A stretch of DNA of 58,464 nucleotides, the filler included, from Bipalium vagum (lineage: Eukaryota), in the NCBI GenBank assembly GCA_037834085.1. It is 3 parts of 3 records of this genome, joined end to end, with 100 filler letters (N's around TTAATTAATTAA, not from the genome) between each part and the next. Parts side by side here need not be neighbours in the genome. Positions count along the whole stretch, not along the records: positions 1 to 23,484 come from JBBMKC010208598.1; 2 more parts are not named here. One strand, given 5' to 3'. Made by a program: the position numbers and the translations under genes. Each line of letters opens with the position of its first letter. The first letter of the stretch is position 1. Positions 1-12,400 of this stretch are shown here, piece by piece. A model generated the notes under the pieces. That model made no database searches, was not told the DNA's origin, and saw only the letters and a program-made list of their open reading frames with translations.

Positions 1-77
<77 letters not shown>

Positions 78-88
78 TATTAATTATT
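1..88. repeat. (TAT)n microsatellite
   Basis: Near-perfect TAT/ATT triplet run at the window start. Confidence 0.95.
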
Positions 89-117
89 TCAAGTTTACAT
101 CCATGTATTTTTTTAAG

Positions 118-3100
118 AATCATACTCAATTCGATGAAAATGGTGTGATGATTTTGCCAATGCTGCCCAATACAACTCAAGCATCACCCGTTCCCACGTT
201 TCCTCAAATAGACACATTCAATGGATCGATACAAAATGGATACAACGTGAGACCGAATTCTGTGGGTTACAATCCAAATCCTCGTCCTCCATTTCCCAAC
301 CGGGGTAGTCAATGTGCAGCAATGACAGTCAAAGCCCGTTGGGGATCACTTGGATCCGGACGTGGAGAAATGAGTTCGCCACATGGGTTCTGTCTCGGGT
401 TTTCGGAAGAAATAGTTGTAGCAGACACACAAAACCATCGCATACAGGTTTTTAACTGATTGACTGATTTTCCGTGGTTTTATAGGTAGAGCCTATAGAT
501 TTTCACTAAAGAGGGACAGTTGTTGAGCCAGTTCGGAGTTGCCGGACGTGATGAGGGTCAGTTGTGGTTTCCTCGCAAAGTGGCCATCATTCGCAGTACT
601 CAGCGATATGTGGTTTGTGATCGAGGAAACGAACGATCACGTATGCAAATATTTGGACGAAGCGGACATTTTCTCCGCAAAATATCCATCCGTTACATTG
701 ACATTGTTGCTGGTTTGGCTGTTAATAATATGGGTTAGTTTAGCAGTAGCGGTAAAATTCAAATTTTGCCTCGATATTTTAAACTAATTTTAATGTAATT
801 AGATATATATATTCAAATATCTTAACCATAATCGATTGAAATGTATGAGTTGGGAGAGGAACTCGAGGAAAGTAAGAATAAAGGATAATTGAGTGTTAGT
901 TGAAAATTAATCGGAGATACCGGTATTCGAACCCAGGACTTTTCACATGCGCATCGACTGCTCTGATCATGCTATATCCCCCGACTAATTTTCAATTTAT
1001 CTCATATTATTATTTATCTCCATTAAAGCTCACACCCTTAATCGCCCGTGTCTTTTCCATCTCATTTCATTTCGAAAAAGTGAGAAGTATAATTTGAAGA
1101 ATTTATTAATTTCTCTTTAATCTTCTTTATAATCGCCATAATTCGAAAGTTTTTTGAAAAGAGAAGACTATTTGAAGAATTTGATAGGAAATGTCAATAA
1201 GGAAGGAAAATCAAGTTGTAAAGGTAAATAGATTTTTTGATATGAAAGAACAAGTTGGATGGAAAGATATATAAAGTGGCTCACATCTCCAATATTCAAA
1301 TAAAGAAAAGGGAATTAAGTCCTAACGAGTGTGAAAGTTGTACACATTGTAAAATATCATTTTGTTGAAATTCAAGAAACATTGTATAATCAAAGGTTTT
1401 AATAATGTTTTATCGTTTTAGAAACAATTATAAAATTTCAATAAATTAGAAAAATGATATACAAATAAAATGGAGAGAATGTGCTCAGAAGATTTGGAGA
1501 TTTTCGAGGTGTTTTTCTTTCTCTCTCTAATAATTGTTTAAAAAATGAAGATGTATATATATTATTTTTATAAGATTGAATCTTTTGGTTTTCTGCAAGG
1601 TTTAATATTAAAGAGACATTTTGCAGAATTTTGTAAGATTGAGTTCTTAAAAAAATAAAAAAATTTAGAGGAAAAGATATTCTAACTTCAGAACGTTTGA
1701 TTTGACTTTTAGGATAGGCGAACTGTGTAGGAACTTTCTGAGAAATAATGGTTTAAAATGATTAATATCTAACAAATTTATAAATTTAACATTTTTGCAT
1801 TTTTGGCTTACTTGTATTTAAATAATAATAAAAAAATTAATATAATAATAACTAATAATAATAATAAAAGATAAATAAATAATAAAGATAAAAATAAGAA
1901 ATTAAAAATTAAAATTATGCAAGTGCAACCAGAAAGAAATAAGTCGCAATTTGGGTGGGGGTTATCAAGGAACTTTTTGATTTTTTTTTGATTTTTTAAA
2001 ATTTATTTGAAATCTTTAAATTTAATTTAACTTTAATTAAAAAAATGATTAGTCATTTTGGCTTTTATTTAATTAAAGTATTTTTTTAAAATTTATTTAT
2101 TATTTTTATATATTTTTATTATTTTACATTTTTAAAAAATTTCATATTGAAAAGTATTTTCAAATTTCGAAATTTTTATTCAATTAAAATTTTATGGAAT
2201 GTGAAATATAATTATCATCGATAGTTCCTTTTTCTAAAAATGGAATATGAACAGTTTGTCGGTCTGTAGAAGATATTATCTAAATTAAAATTCTCTTCCA
2301 GTTTTAACACAAAAATAATCTAGGATCATTTAGAGAGGAATATTTAACATTTCCACAATTTTACACTGACGATTTCAAATAAACTTTTTCTTTATTCATT
2401 TTTGTGTATGCCTATCAAAATGTTAAGCTGCATTTAAAAATATTTTCGAACTTTTAGTCCATGATGCTCATTTAAATTTAGCGGGTATTGTTTTCTTTAA
2501 ATTTAAACCAGGAATAATATCACATTTAAGTTTTATTCATTTGCTTAACCTCTTGAATCTGTTCGAATAAGGAATTTTAATAAGGTTCATATAATCACTT
2601 TTTCTTTATCTTTAATTTGATTATAATCTTAACTACAATTTTACTTATATTATTTTTTCAATTTTCCAATATACGATAAGTATTTTTAAAGCTTTTTTTA
2701 TTTTATCTAGTTCGATGTCAACTGATGATATTGCAAGTTTCGGTTGTCACATTTTTCTGAATTTACTTTTTGTTGGTAAAATTGAGAATTTTTTGATTAA
2801 TGATTAATTTTTTTCTAACCTTTTTTTAATGGTATATCTATACGCCTTTAGTTGTCTTGATAAGAAGTAACGGTTTAATTCTTACAAAAGTATTAGGAAA
2901 TAATAAATAAAATGTCTTCATATTTAAAAAAGAATCCATGTTTGATTATCATCTTTATTTCGTTGAACAAACAGGTGTCTCGCAGTATTGACTGATTTCT
3001 GACTTTTTTAACATATCCGAATTTTTTGGCGTTGTGTTCTGCATTGCATTTTTAGAATTAAGACCACTATATGTTTATTATTGATAGTCGATAATATCGT

Positions 3101-4754
3101 TTTATGTTATCGTGAGTCTTAAGTTAGTTTTAAGGTCAATCGATTTAAATTTTGAAGTGATATTTTTTCATATGTTGTAATTATCGATCACAGTAACTTC
3201 GTGAATTTCAGAGTATAATCGAGAATTGATTTCTTTTGAGTTTCTTCTGCAAGTTAAATAACAGAAGTTTATTCAAAATGCTTGTTTTCATTGATGATTT
3301 CTTCGTCGATCAAGAATTATCAGAAACGTTTCCCATTATATCCCATATTAGAGTCATTAAAGTAATTTTTTCTAATCGAAAGTCAGTATGATCATTAATT
3401 GTGAGATTTGGAATTTTGGATAAAATTTTTCAAGAGCAGGGCTCTGATGGAAGATGCGAATTATCCTGTTGAATAAAGTAGCTCCCCCAGTGCGCCCAAA
3501 AGGGGTATTTAGATACGAAAGAGTATCGATATGAATTGAGGAGTCATCTTAACTCAAAATAATTATTGAAACAAAAACGAAAATGTCTATGAAAATAATA
3601 ATATGGTTGTCGATTCACCTTAGTACATACAGAAAAATCCTGATCTTAAAAAAGGACACCAATACGCACTAGACAATTCTGTCTTTCCGCTCTCAGAAAG
3701 CACCTGTTATGTTGGACGTGTATATATCAAATTTTTATGATATTGACCAAAAGTCATTTTTATTGCGAATTGAAGTCAAATTTTATTAAGCGAGGGGATG
3801 TTCTTGATCAGTTCTTTAGTCCTTTAACAGTTTTCTGAATTCTTTATATTTTATTGAGAAAATCTCACCAAATGGTGGTTCAGACGTTCGTGTGATGTCG
3901 TAAACAGTGCTTGGTGAGATAATTGATAATCTTCATAACCAATGGCTGATATTCAAGTGCTCAATTCTTTAAAATTATCGGAAAATTTTCCCATTACATT
4001 TCTTATCATTTTTCATGCTTACATTAATTTTTTTACACACGATGGTAGTTCATATCTATTTATTCTCGTTTGAGAGAATAACATAAAAGTGACGCTTGTC
4101 GAAAAATAATAAAAATCCTCACCCTCCATTCAATCAATGTCACAGAATAATTCATATTTTTTGAGATAGATTCAATTTTTGCAATTTTCTCAGGTCACAT
4201 TGTAGCGGTAGACAGCGTTTCTCCATCAGTTTTTGTCGTTTCTGAAGGCGGCGAACTTATCAAATGGTTCGACTGTAGCTCTTGTATGCGCGAGCCGTCC
4301 GATATTGCTGTCCATGGCGATGAATATTTTATTTGTGATTTCAAGGTCTGTGCAAGAGTATTTCTGTTTGTAAGTGTGTGCTAATGTGTGCGTGCATAAA
4401 GGTTTCTTTTTCATTGAACTCTATTGATTCCCGTCCGTTGTATAGGGTCACTGCGTATGCGTGTTCAAACAAGATGGGAATTTCGTGCAACGTTTTGGTA
4501 ATGAGACAATCACCAATTTCCCCAATGGCATTGACGTGTCGGATCATGGTGACGTATTGATCGGTGATTCACACGGCAATCGTTTCCATATTGCAGTTTA
4601 TTCACGTGACGGGAAACTGATGAGCGAATTCGAATGTCCATCGATAAAAGTGAGTCGCGCGTGTGGTCTCAAGATAACCAGCGAAGGGTATCTTGTGACA
4701 TTGGCCAAAAATAACCACCATGTTCTGGTAATGGATACCTTATATATTTCATGA
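118..4754 (+). CDS. mei-P26: TRIM-NHL protein, mei-P26/NHL-2-like; 3' exons encoding the NHL beta-propeller (5' exons outside the window)
   Basis: GT-AG exons 118-447, 499-733, 4194-4345 and 4446-4754 join in frame. Peptide: [25 protein letters not shown]|[29 protein letters not shown]...[13 protein letters not shown]...[12 protein letters not shown]|[14 protein letters not shown]...MREPSDIA...CDFK|GHCVCVF...FPNGID...GDSHGNRFH...[34 protein letters not shown]. This closely matches the Drosophila Mei-P26 NHL domain as I recall it. Confidence 0.92.
912..981 (-). pseudogene. tRNA-Ala-derived pseudogene or SINE head in a mei-P26 intron
   Basis: Reverse complement is GGGGATATAGCATGATCAGAGCAGTCGATGCGCATGTGAAAAGTCCTGGGTTCGAATACCGGTATCTCCG. 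It has an intact 7-bp acceptor stem with the G3:U70 Ala determinant and a GGTTCGAAT B-box, but the D arm and anticodon stem are broken. Confidence 0.75.
2200..3750 (-). mobile_element. Highly decayed LINE-like fragment (APE endonuclease/RT remnants)
   Basis: Scattered minus-strand peptides DIFVF...GRTGGATL (APE-like) and FYRPTNC (RT domain 1-like), with many stops. Confidence 0.35.
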
Positions 4755-6411
4755 AACACACATGCATACGCCTGGTTTTTTATTCTGATATTTTTCGGTC
4801 GATATTTGTTGTTTACTCCTTAGTAGAGTAGTTTGGGAAATTTCGGATTTATTTTTAGATATTGTTTAATTGTGTAAGTGATGATGAAAAATAGCGAAAA
4901 AAAAACACGCTTTCTCCACAATGGCCAGAAATTAAGTTAAATTTGTAGACTCAAGAATATTATATCAATATCGACCTGCCTCGATATTACAAATGCATTA
5001 TTCTACCTTTTTTATTTACGATATTTTATTATTATTTATTAATATTATCTTCAATATTATTAATTATCTTTATTTTTATCATTGATTATTATTACTATTA
5101 TAATTATCACCATAAAATAGTAATATTATTGGTTTTATTGTTAATGTTAATAATGATTATCAATTATTATTTCCCAATATTTTTATTATAACAACAATTT
5201 TAGATTTTACACGTGTAATATTGAGTGTGGTGTTGATAAATTGTCACATGTACATTATCCTAGTTTTGTTTCTGTATTTTAAAAAACTACGGTTATCAAA
5301 GAGTAGCGCGACGGATGGTTTCTAAACCTAATTGGTAGTGTGTGTGGTACCGTTATTTGACGCTGTCATCATTGTGGGACAGTCCAAATTGAAATATTTC
5401 ACATTTGTATTAGAGAATATTATTATTATTATTTGTGTGTTTAAAATTTTTGTGGCTTTATTTTTCTATTTATTTTTTTCTATTTTATTCTAATGTTTTT
5501 GAAAATATATTAAATACAATAAAAATTGAGTCGTTATATATTTCTTTTTATCGATCTATGTCGCGTTCATCATGACATTTTTACAAACACATCTTGGTCG
5601 GTGTGTCAAAAACTGTTTATTTGACATATGATGATTATTTGTGTTTTAAAGTCTGTGTACAATGCTACAAAATGGATTTTTACAATAATCAATAGATAAA
5701 TAACCTTCATAATCGATTATTCATCTGTGTTTAATTGATTTAAAAAAAAGCGGGCACCATTTTTTCGAAGAGATTACATTTACTTGCAATAAAACTTTGG
5801 TGCTATTTTCCAAAATAGTTGTATATTATTGTTGTCTCATCGTAGTCAATTTCATCAGTTTACACAATAAAAGTGGGATGTGACGAAAGGATCACAAATG
5901 TGATGAACCCCACTTGTCCTCATTTAGAATTCAATATGCCTATTTAACCAGGAGGATTTTTTTGATCTGGTTAGAGTGCTCATGACATTTTTGTTTTTTC
6001 AATTTGTTAGAAACACGTATTTTAAAAGGATGTTAACATCGATCTGTCTTTACATTGGTAAAAATGGTTTTACATGTTATCATTATTTTACCATTATGCA
6101 TAACTTCTTAATTAGATTATTGTTTTATCACATTGTAATTGTTTTATGCGATAATGGATGGGTTATTTTGTTTTGTATAACTTATAACTGGTCAATATGC
6201 TAGGATTTTCTTTATTGTTAAGCAGATAGAAAACCTTATTTTAACAGCATTTTATTTTACCTTAATATTTTCAGAATCTCAATCTCATTAACATATAATA
6301 ATAATTATTATTATATATCGTTTGAGTTTATAAATCGATGTCTTTATTGTCTGGTTAATATTTATTTGTGTTTACAATTTTTTAGGCGAGCTTATTAGTT
6401 TTTTGTGTAAT

Positions 6412-9400
6412 TTAAGGCTTATATGAATTTATCTCCATTTGCAGATATTTTCTCAATTTTGCTTCTGCTAGTTCCATTTGTATTTTCATTTTTGCCAATC
6501 GTGGTTGTTCAATTTATTGAGTTTATTATAAATAAATATTGGATTTAAGATTTTATTTTTTATGAAAAGAATCGATAAAAATGTTAGTTCAATTTCCTAT
6601 GAAATTATTAATATATCGATTTGTTAAATATTTTCCTTTTCTTGTATTGATTCTTTTGTTTCATGCATTTCTTTAGCAATTTTTTCATGATCTGTTACCT
6701 TCATAGGAAAGGAAAGTTCAATGTTAGCAAGATAATCTGGATCGATTGGCAAATTTTCCAATTTGGTTTTTTTTAATCGTAGAATCATTTTAATTAGTGC
6801 ATCTATAAAGTCCTCTAAGCATACATGGTATTCTATCATTTTTCTTTCCATGGATTCAGAGCTTGATAGAAAATTAAGGCTATCAAGTTTGACTGTCAGA
6901 CTCATCCATGTTTTGTTCAATTGAGTAGTTACCTAAATAGATAAGCAAAATAGTTATAAAATATTGTCAAGTTTAAGTAAATATTGGATATTTGTAAGTA
7001 TAATATATAAATTATTTTATTTAATTCTCACAATTAATTTAAATGAATTTTAATGAAAATACATCGCTGTAAATACCAGTGTTTATTAATAAAATTTTTT
7101 TTGTGATTTATACACACTAGTCAAAGACTAAGGTTATAATATTAAACACGAGAACCCATGTCATATCAAGAAATTTAGACTAAATTAAAGAAATATCTTT
7201 ATTTTGCCAGTTTAAATAAGTTCGTGTTTATTTCAGGTAAAGTAAATGTTCCATAATTTGAAATTATTAAAATATACGTGTTTTATATAACTTTCGAATA
7301 TTACTAATTTTATTTCTATTCTTAAACTTTATTTCTACATCTCCTTATATATACTGTTCGATTGACATATTTCTAGATATGGTAAAAATAATAGGTTAAA
7401 CTATAGATGAAGAAATATACAAAGTTAAAATGATTGAAAAGTTTCGATATCTATTTATAAGACAAACAAAACTAATGAATCTGATGAGATCAATTCTAAA
7501 TGATGAGTTGTTGCAACATAAAGCTGCGCAATTTTCGGAGGATCCTGTGTTATTAGAATTTAGAAACTCCAAGTTGGCTGTCTAAATTTAAGAAATATAA
7601 TGGGCAAAAGCTAAGAAAGCTTTACACCGAAATGAAGACTAATTAATCTGTAAATATTCAAAACTTTAGATTTTTATTGAAAAAATTCGAAAAATATCTA
7701 AAACCTTGATGAAACAGGTATTTTAAAAAAAACAATTCCTTTAAAATCCATTTAAAAAATTGCAAACTCGGGCCAAAAATTTTAAAGATGTTGTAAGATC
7801 TATTATGTTCTGTAGAAATTACTCTAGTTCTTACAAAATGAAAGTTGTTAAGTAGGAAAGTAAGTCAATCTATTGTTTAAAGACACAGGAGAAATCATCA
7901 ACGAGAACATGGATGAAAATTAATAATTGGCTTTCTAATTTTAAAGAAAAGTTTAAAATTAAAAGAAAAAGAATTTCATTGTTTATGGATAATTGTCCAA
8001 TACACAATATTAAAATCGAGTTAACATTTATCGAGATTTAATTTTACCTAAAAACAGTCCTGGTATTCTTCAATACATAAATTGTGGTATCATTAAAAAC
8101 TTTAAACTTTGTTGTTAAAATTGTTTTACTTCAATTGTTTTATTAATCTATTTTTTCTAAATTTATTTTAATATTTTTATGTTTATGATATTCTATAATT
8201 TTGTCTCATTCAAAGGTTTCCACATTTTCGATGTCCGAAAATTCAATTATATATTACATATTTATTTAATTTAATCACACCCCATTACATAAAATGTTTA
8301 TAATCACAATTTTTTAAAATTGAACCTGAAATCCCATCACATAAAATAAAATGTTTAACTACATTAAAATTAAAATCATATGAAATGTAAATATCTTTAA
8401 TCAAAAAATCACACTGCATTGATGTTTTGAACTGTATTGATACTGTTCTTCTTGATACTGCACTATCTCCTTTTCTTCTTTATTTCTGATTCCCACATTT
8501 CTCCCTGTTTTTGAGTCTTCATCCCGAAAAGTATTTCTTCAATTCATGAATTTGTACAAAACTTTGTGTAAGGGTCTTTTTCAATGATTTTTCATTAACT
8601 TGTTCTTGCCATGGAGTACAGATAAAGTTGTAAATTGCTATCATTTGCCGACAGTTTCTTTCGCTTCGTAATGTTTATTCTGTCCACATTGGTAGATCCA
8701 AATTTTTCGCTATGAATCCAAGTCTAAAAGGGTTTGTTGGGGATACTAAGTTCTTATTTTTTATTGCTGGAGCTGTTGATAATTCTCTGAGACCCTGTAC
8801 TATTGATATTAGGATTTTGCAAATATTCATAACGTCATAGATATTATATCCCGCTATTACTTTGTCGTGCATCAGGGTTCTTAGGTAATATTTGAAATGA
8901 AATTCATCCTTTCCATGTTCTTATTGGTCTTCAGTTATCCCTGTTTGGAGAACATTAATGGTTAATACTCTTTTCTGGGTGCTACTATTGTGTTTAACAA
9001 TATCATGCCTTGTAGATCCATTAAAGTTGCCGATAATATTTCTTGAGTTTGATTATGACCATCTTTCATAGTAGTTATGGCCAACATGCGTATATTTTCA
9101 GGGTTTATTTCACTGTTTGTAAAAGTTATAGATTCCTTGTTCTCCAGTTGTTTCTTGCACTGGTGGAATTCCTCAGGCATTGTTTCAATTTTAAATGGGG
9201 TTTCTGTAAAGATAGCTTCCACGGCTATTATTGTATCATTGTTTTGAATTTCGTAACATAGGCTATTTTGATGTCCGTTTAAGTTGGATGGGGTTAGTTC
9301 CAGCTATCTGTAATAGAACTTGGTTTTTTATTACATGTGTGTACATGTTTTCGGTTAGGCGTCCTTTTTTTGTTGCGCTTCTGATTAGGTCTTTTCCATT

Positions 9401-12400
9401 TAGAGTTAGACCTGGTTTGTTCATGTGGAAAATCCATAGGCTTCTATTTTGTATTTCATTCGTTTTACATTGATTGGGAATATCTTTTGGCCTTGGATAA
9501 TAGAGGAAATTTTTATTGTTATTTTTCAATTTTTTCTGCCATCACTCTATAAATTTTGGTACCTTCTTGGTATTTTTCTAGTATGGTGTCTGCAGGTTGA
9601 TTTGGGAGATATTTCGATATTTGAATCGTAGTCATAATTGGTTTTTTTTGAAATGGTTGAATTGCGTTGAGTTTGGATTGCGTACCTTGTATTGTATTGA
9701 ATTGGTTGATTGCTGGAGACTTTTTTGAGTTTATGGTAATTATGATTAAAACTGAAAATATAAAATTAAAATTGGTTTTATATACAAAAAGGTTTTTAAT
9801 TGATTGGTTGTGCATGTTTTTATAAACCTGCACAACCTGTAGTAATTGTCATTTTGATCTTTGATATAATTGTCTTTTATTGGCTATTTTTACGATTAAT
9901 ATTATTATTATCATTATGCCAATTATTATTATTAATATTATTATTAAAATTTTTAAACTTGTCTTTACAATTTTGCCTCTTAAGTCTTTCATACTTATTT
10001 CCAGTATCTTTAGCAATTCTTCGTTTTCTCTAGTTTGCTCGTTAACATATCGTACGAATAATGGTTCTAATTCTTCTTTTCTTTCTTATAATGTTTCTTT
10101 ATTTTACTGATGAGTAATCTTTGTAAGTCTTCTTTTGAATTGCGTTGCACCTTTGATTTTGATGTCGTTTGTTGTATCTGTTGTACTTGTGCTTCTTTTC
10201 ATGCAAATATAAATAAATAACTTGTTGTCTTTTCTTAAACCATTGCCAATCTCTGTCTTTTTTCATAGGGTCATCTTCTTTTAAGTTCTCCTTACAATGC
10301 CATTCAGCCATTAATTTATAATTTTCTGTTTTATCTATTATAATGTTTCTTTGATTTTTGTTAAATCTTAATGCTCCATATCGGTATTTCAGATATTTTT
10401 CTCCGTTCCATTTTCCTAATCCATACATTATCATTTCTGCTTGAGTTATATTGCTCCAAACTTTCAAAATTCCATCCCCTTTTCATATTTTATTATTGGG
10501 ATTTCTTTCTCATAATTAACAGTTTTTTCGAAATTATTTTCCATATTGCTTATGGTGATATTGATTTTTTGTTTTTGTCCTTTTGGCAAATTTCTACTAC
10601 TGGTGGTTGTGAACTGAAAGTATCATACACTGTTTATCTGAGTATCTCATCACAATAATTATTACACGTTGTCATGGCTTTTTTATTATTCCATACGCTT
10701 TTATTAAAATAACTTCTTTCTTTTCTATTAATTTAATATTGATTCCACATGCTGATAGACCTCTTCCTTGACCTTTATCTATTATGGTTAAGAAGATTAA
10801 TATACTAAAAAAATGACATTCCGCTTGAGTTTGACTGTCTTGACGAACTTGTTGTTGTTTTTGAAGAATCTGTTGTACTTTCTGAGGAGTCTGTTTCCCA
10901 TTCTTCCTCTCAATATTTTGTTATTTCTTCTTGTTTTCTGTTTTCCTTTACTGACTTTATTTCTTGTATCTCTTCTGTGTTTACTTCGGTAGTCATCTCT
11001 TCTGTCTCTTCACACATTTCTTCGGTTACTTCTTCGTCTGTTAATAATGCTTCTATATCCAAATGTCTCATTCTCCCTTCAGTTTTAATAGCTGTTTCAT
11101 GATTGGCTTTTGTTTTATGTATTAAAATATCTGCTCTTGTTAGCAACATTTTTATAATATTCTGAGCATCTTTTATTCCTGCTGCTATATGTAAAGCTGC
11201 TTCTTGATTGGTTAATTCTTCTTCATTAACGTCTACCACATATTCTTCGTTTTCGTTTGTAACTTGTAACAGCTTTTGTACTCCTTCTTCGTATAAATTT
11301 ATCACTGAGTTCTGTAATGGCGAATAGTACTGATTTTCTGTTCTAGCTGATAGTTGAAATTGTTGTTGCTTTATTGCTTCTTGTATTAGTATTATTATTA
11401 GTATTACCATTCGATGGCATGGTCTATTGCTGATTTTCCTACTTTATCTCTGTTTTCTATTGCGCATCCTTCTAATAATAATGCTATTATAAATTCTTCT
11501 GTAAATTTTCCGGCTGTTACTAACATGATAGCTGTATGTCCATACATGTTTTCCTTATTTAATGACCATAAACAAGTATTTTTTACTATTTTCAATATTT
11601 CCCAAGCTTGTTCCTCCTTGTTTTTTAATATTGCATTATTAAAAGGAGTATCTCCATATTTATCTTTCAAAATAAATATTTCCGGTAACTACCATGCTAT
11701 CTGATTAAATACCTCTTCTTTTGTCATTCCTAAAGCGAAGTTGTGCCAAATTTTAGCTATTTTTCCTAATACCACCATGATTTCTTCTTTTTCATTACTA
11801 TTTGTATCCGTTTCAATTTCTTCATCTATTGATGTTCCTTCGCTATTACTCATTGAAAACAATTCCTTGAATCTTTGAGATCCTTCATTTCTTTTAGATA
11901 CTATTACTAAATTTACTTTTCAGTTGGTATATTTTTATGAAGCTTAGGTATTACTGTTCCAAAGAATAATTGAAATTTACCATTAAGTTAATTATTTTTG
12001 ATAATAATAATAAATCTAAAAAATCTAATAATACTAATAAATCTAAATCTAATCTACGCATTTGGTCGATTTTCCACAATTTTTACATCATGTCTAATGT
12101 TTTGTCCTTGCAAGATTAATTGCATTTCCAATGTTCCAATTAATTCCATTCTTCCTTTATGGATTCCTTCAATAATTATTGTGGTAATGGATTCTTTGTA
12201 TTACTGCTATTGATAGCATACTAATATCAAATACCGTAAATTGTGTTCCTGTATCTATTAATGTTACCTGTAATCGATCGTTGATTGTTAGTGTTATCAC
12301 TGGACGAGTTTCAACTTGTTCTTGGTTTCTTCTTAGCATCGTGCATTGTAATATTGCTCCTTGAGTCCTTGTTCTTATTTTTAATATTAATTCTACCAAA

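Noticed and set aside
912-981. Functional tRNA-Ala(CGC)
   Set aside because: The D arm and anticodon stem do not pair and the discriminator base is not A.
118-4754. brat orthologue
   Set aside because: Diagnostic motifs ([30 protein letters not shown]) match the mei-P26/NHL-2 clade rather than Brat.
5871-5916. AAGTGGG...CCCACTT hairpin containing CGAAA and GTGATGA as a possible hammerhead ribozyme
   Set aside because: The core C of CUGAUGA is missing and stems I-III cannot be formed in the required order.
8250-8400. 3' LTR/PPT of the Gypsy element
   Set aside because: Only short repeats (CCCAT[T/C]ACATAAAAT). No TG...CA termini, PPT or matching partner LTR were found.
10620-10800. IDKGQGRGLSACGI as a possible second RNase H
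   Set aside because: No DG catalytic motif or downstream AE/D residues. The context fits a signal-peptide cleavage site better.
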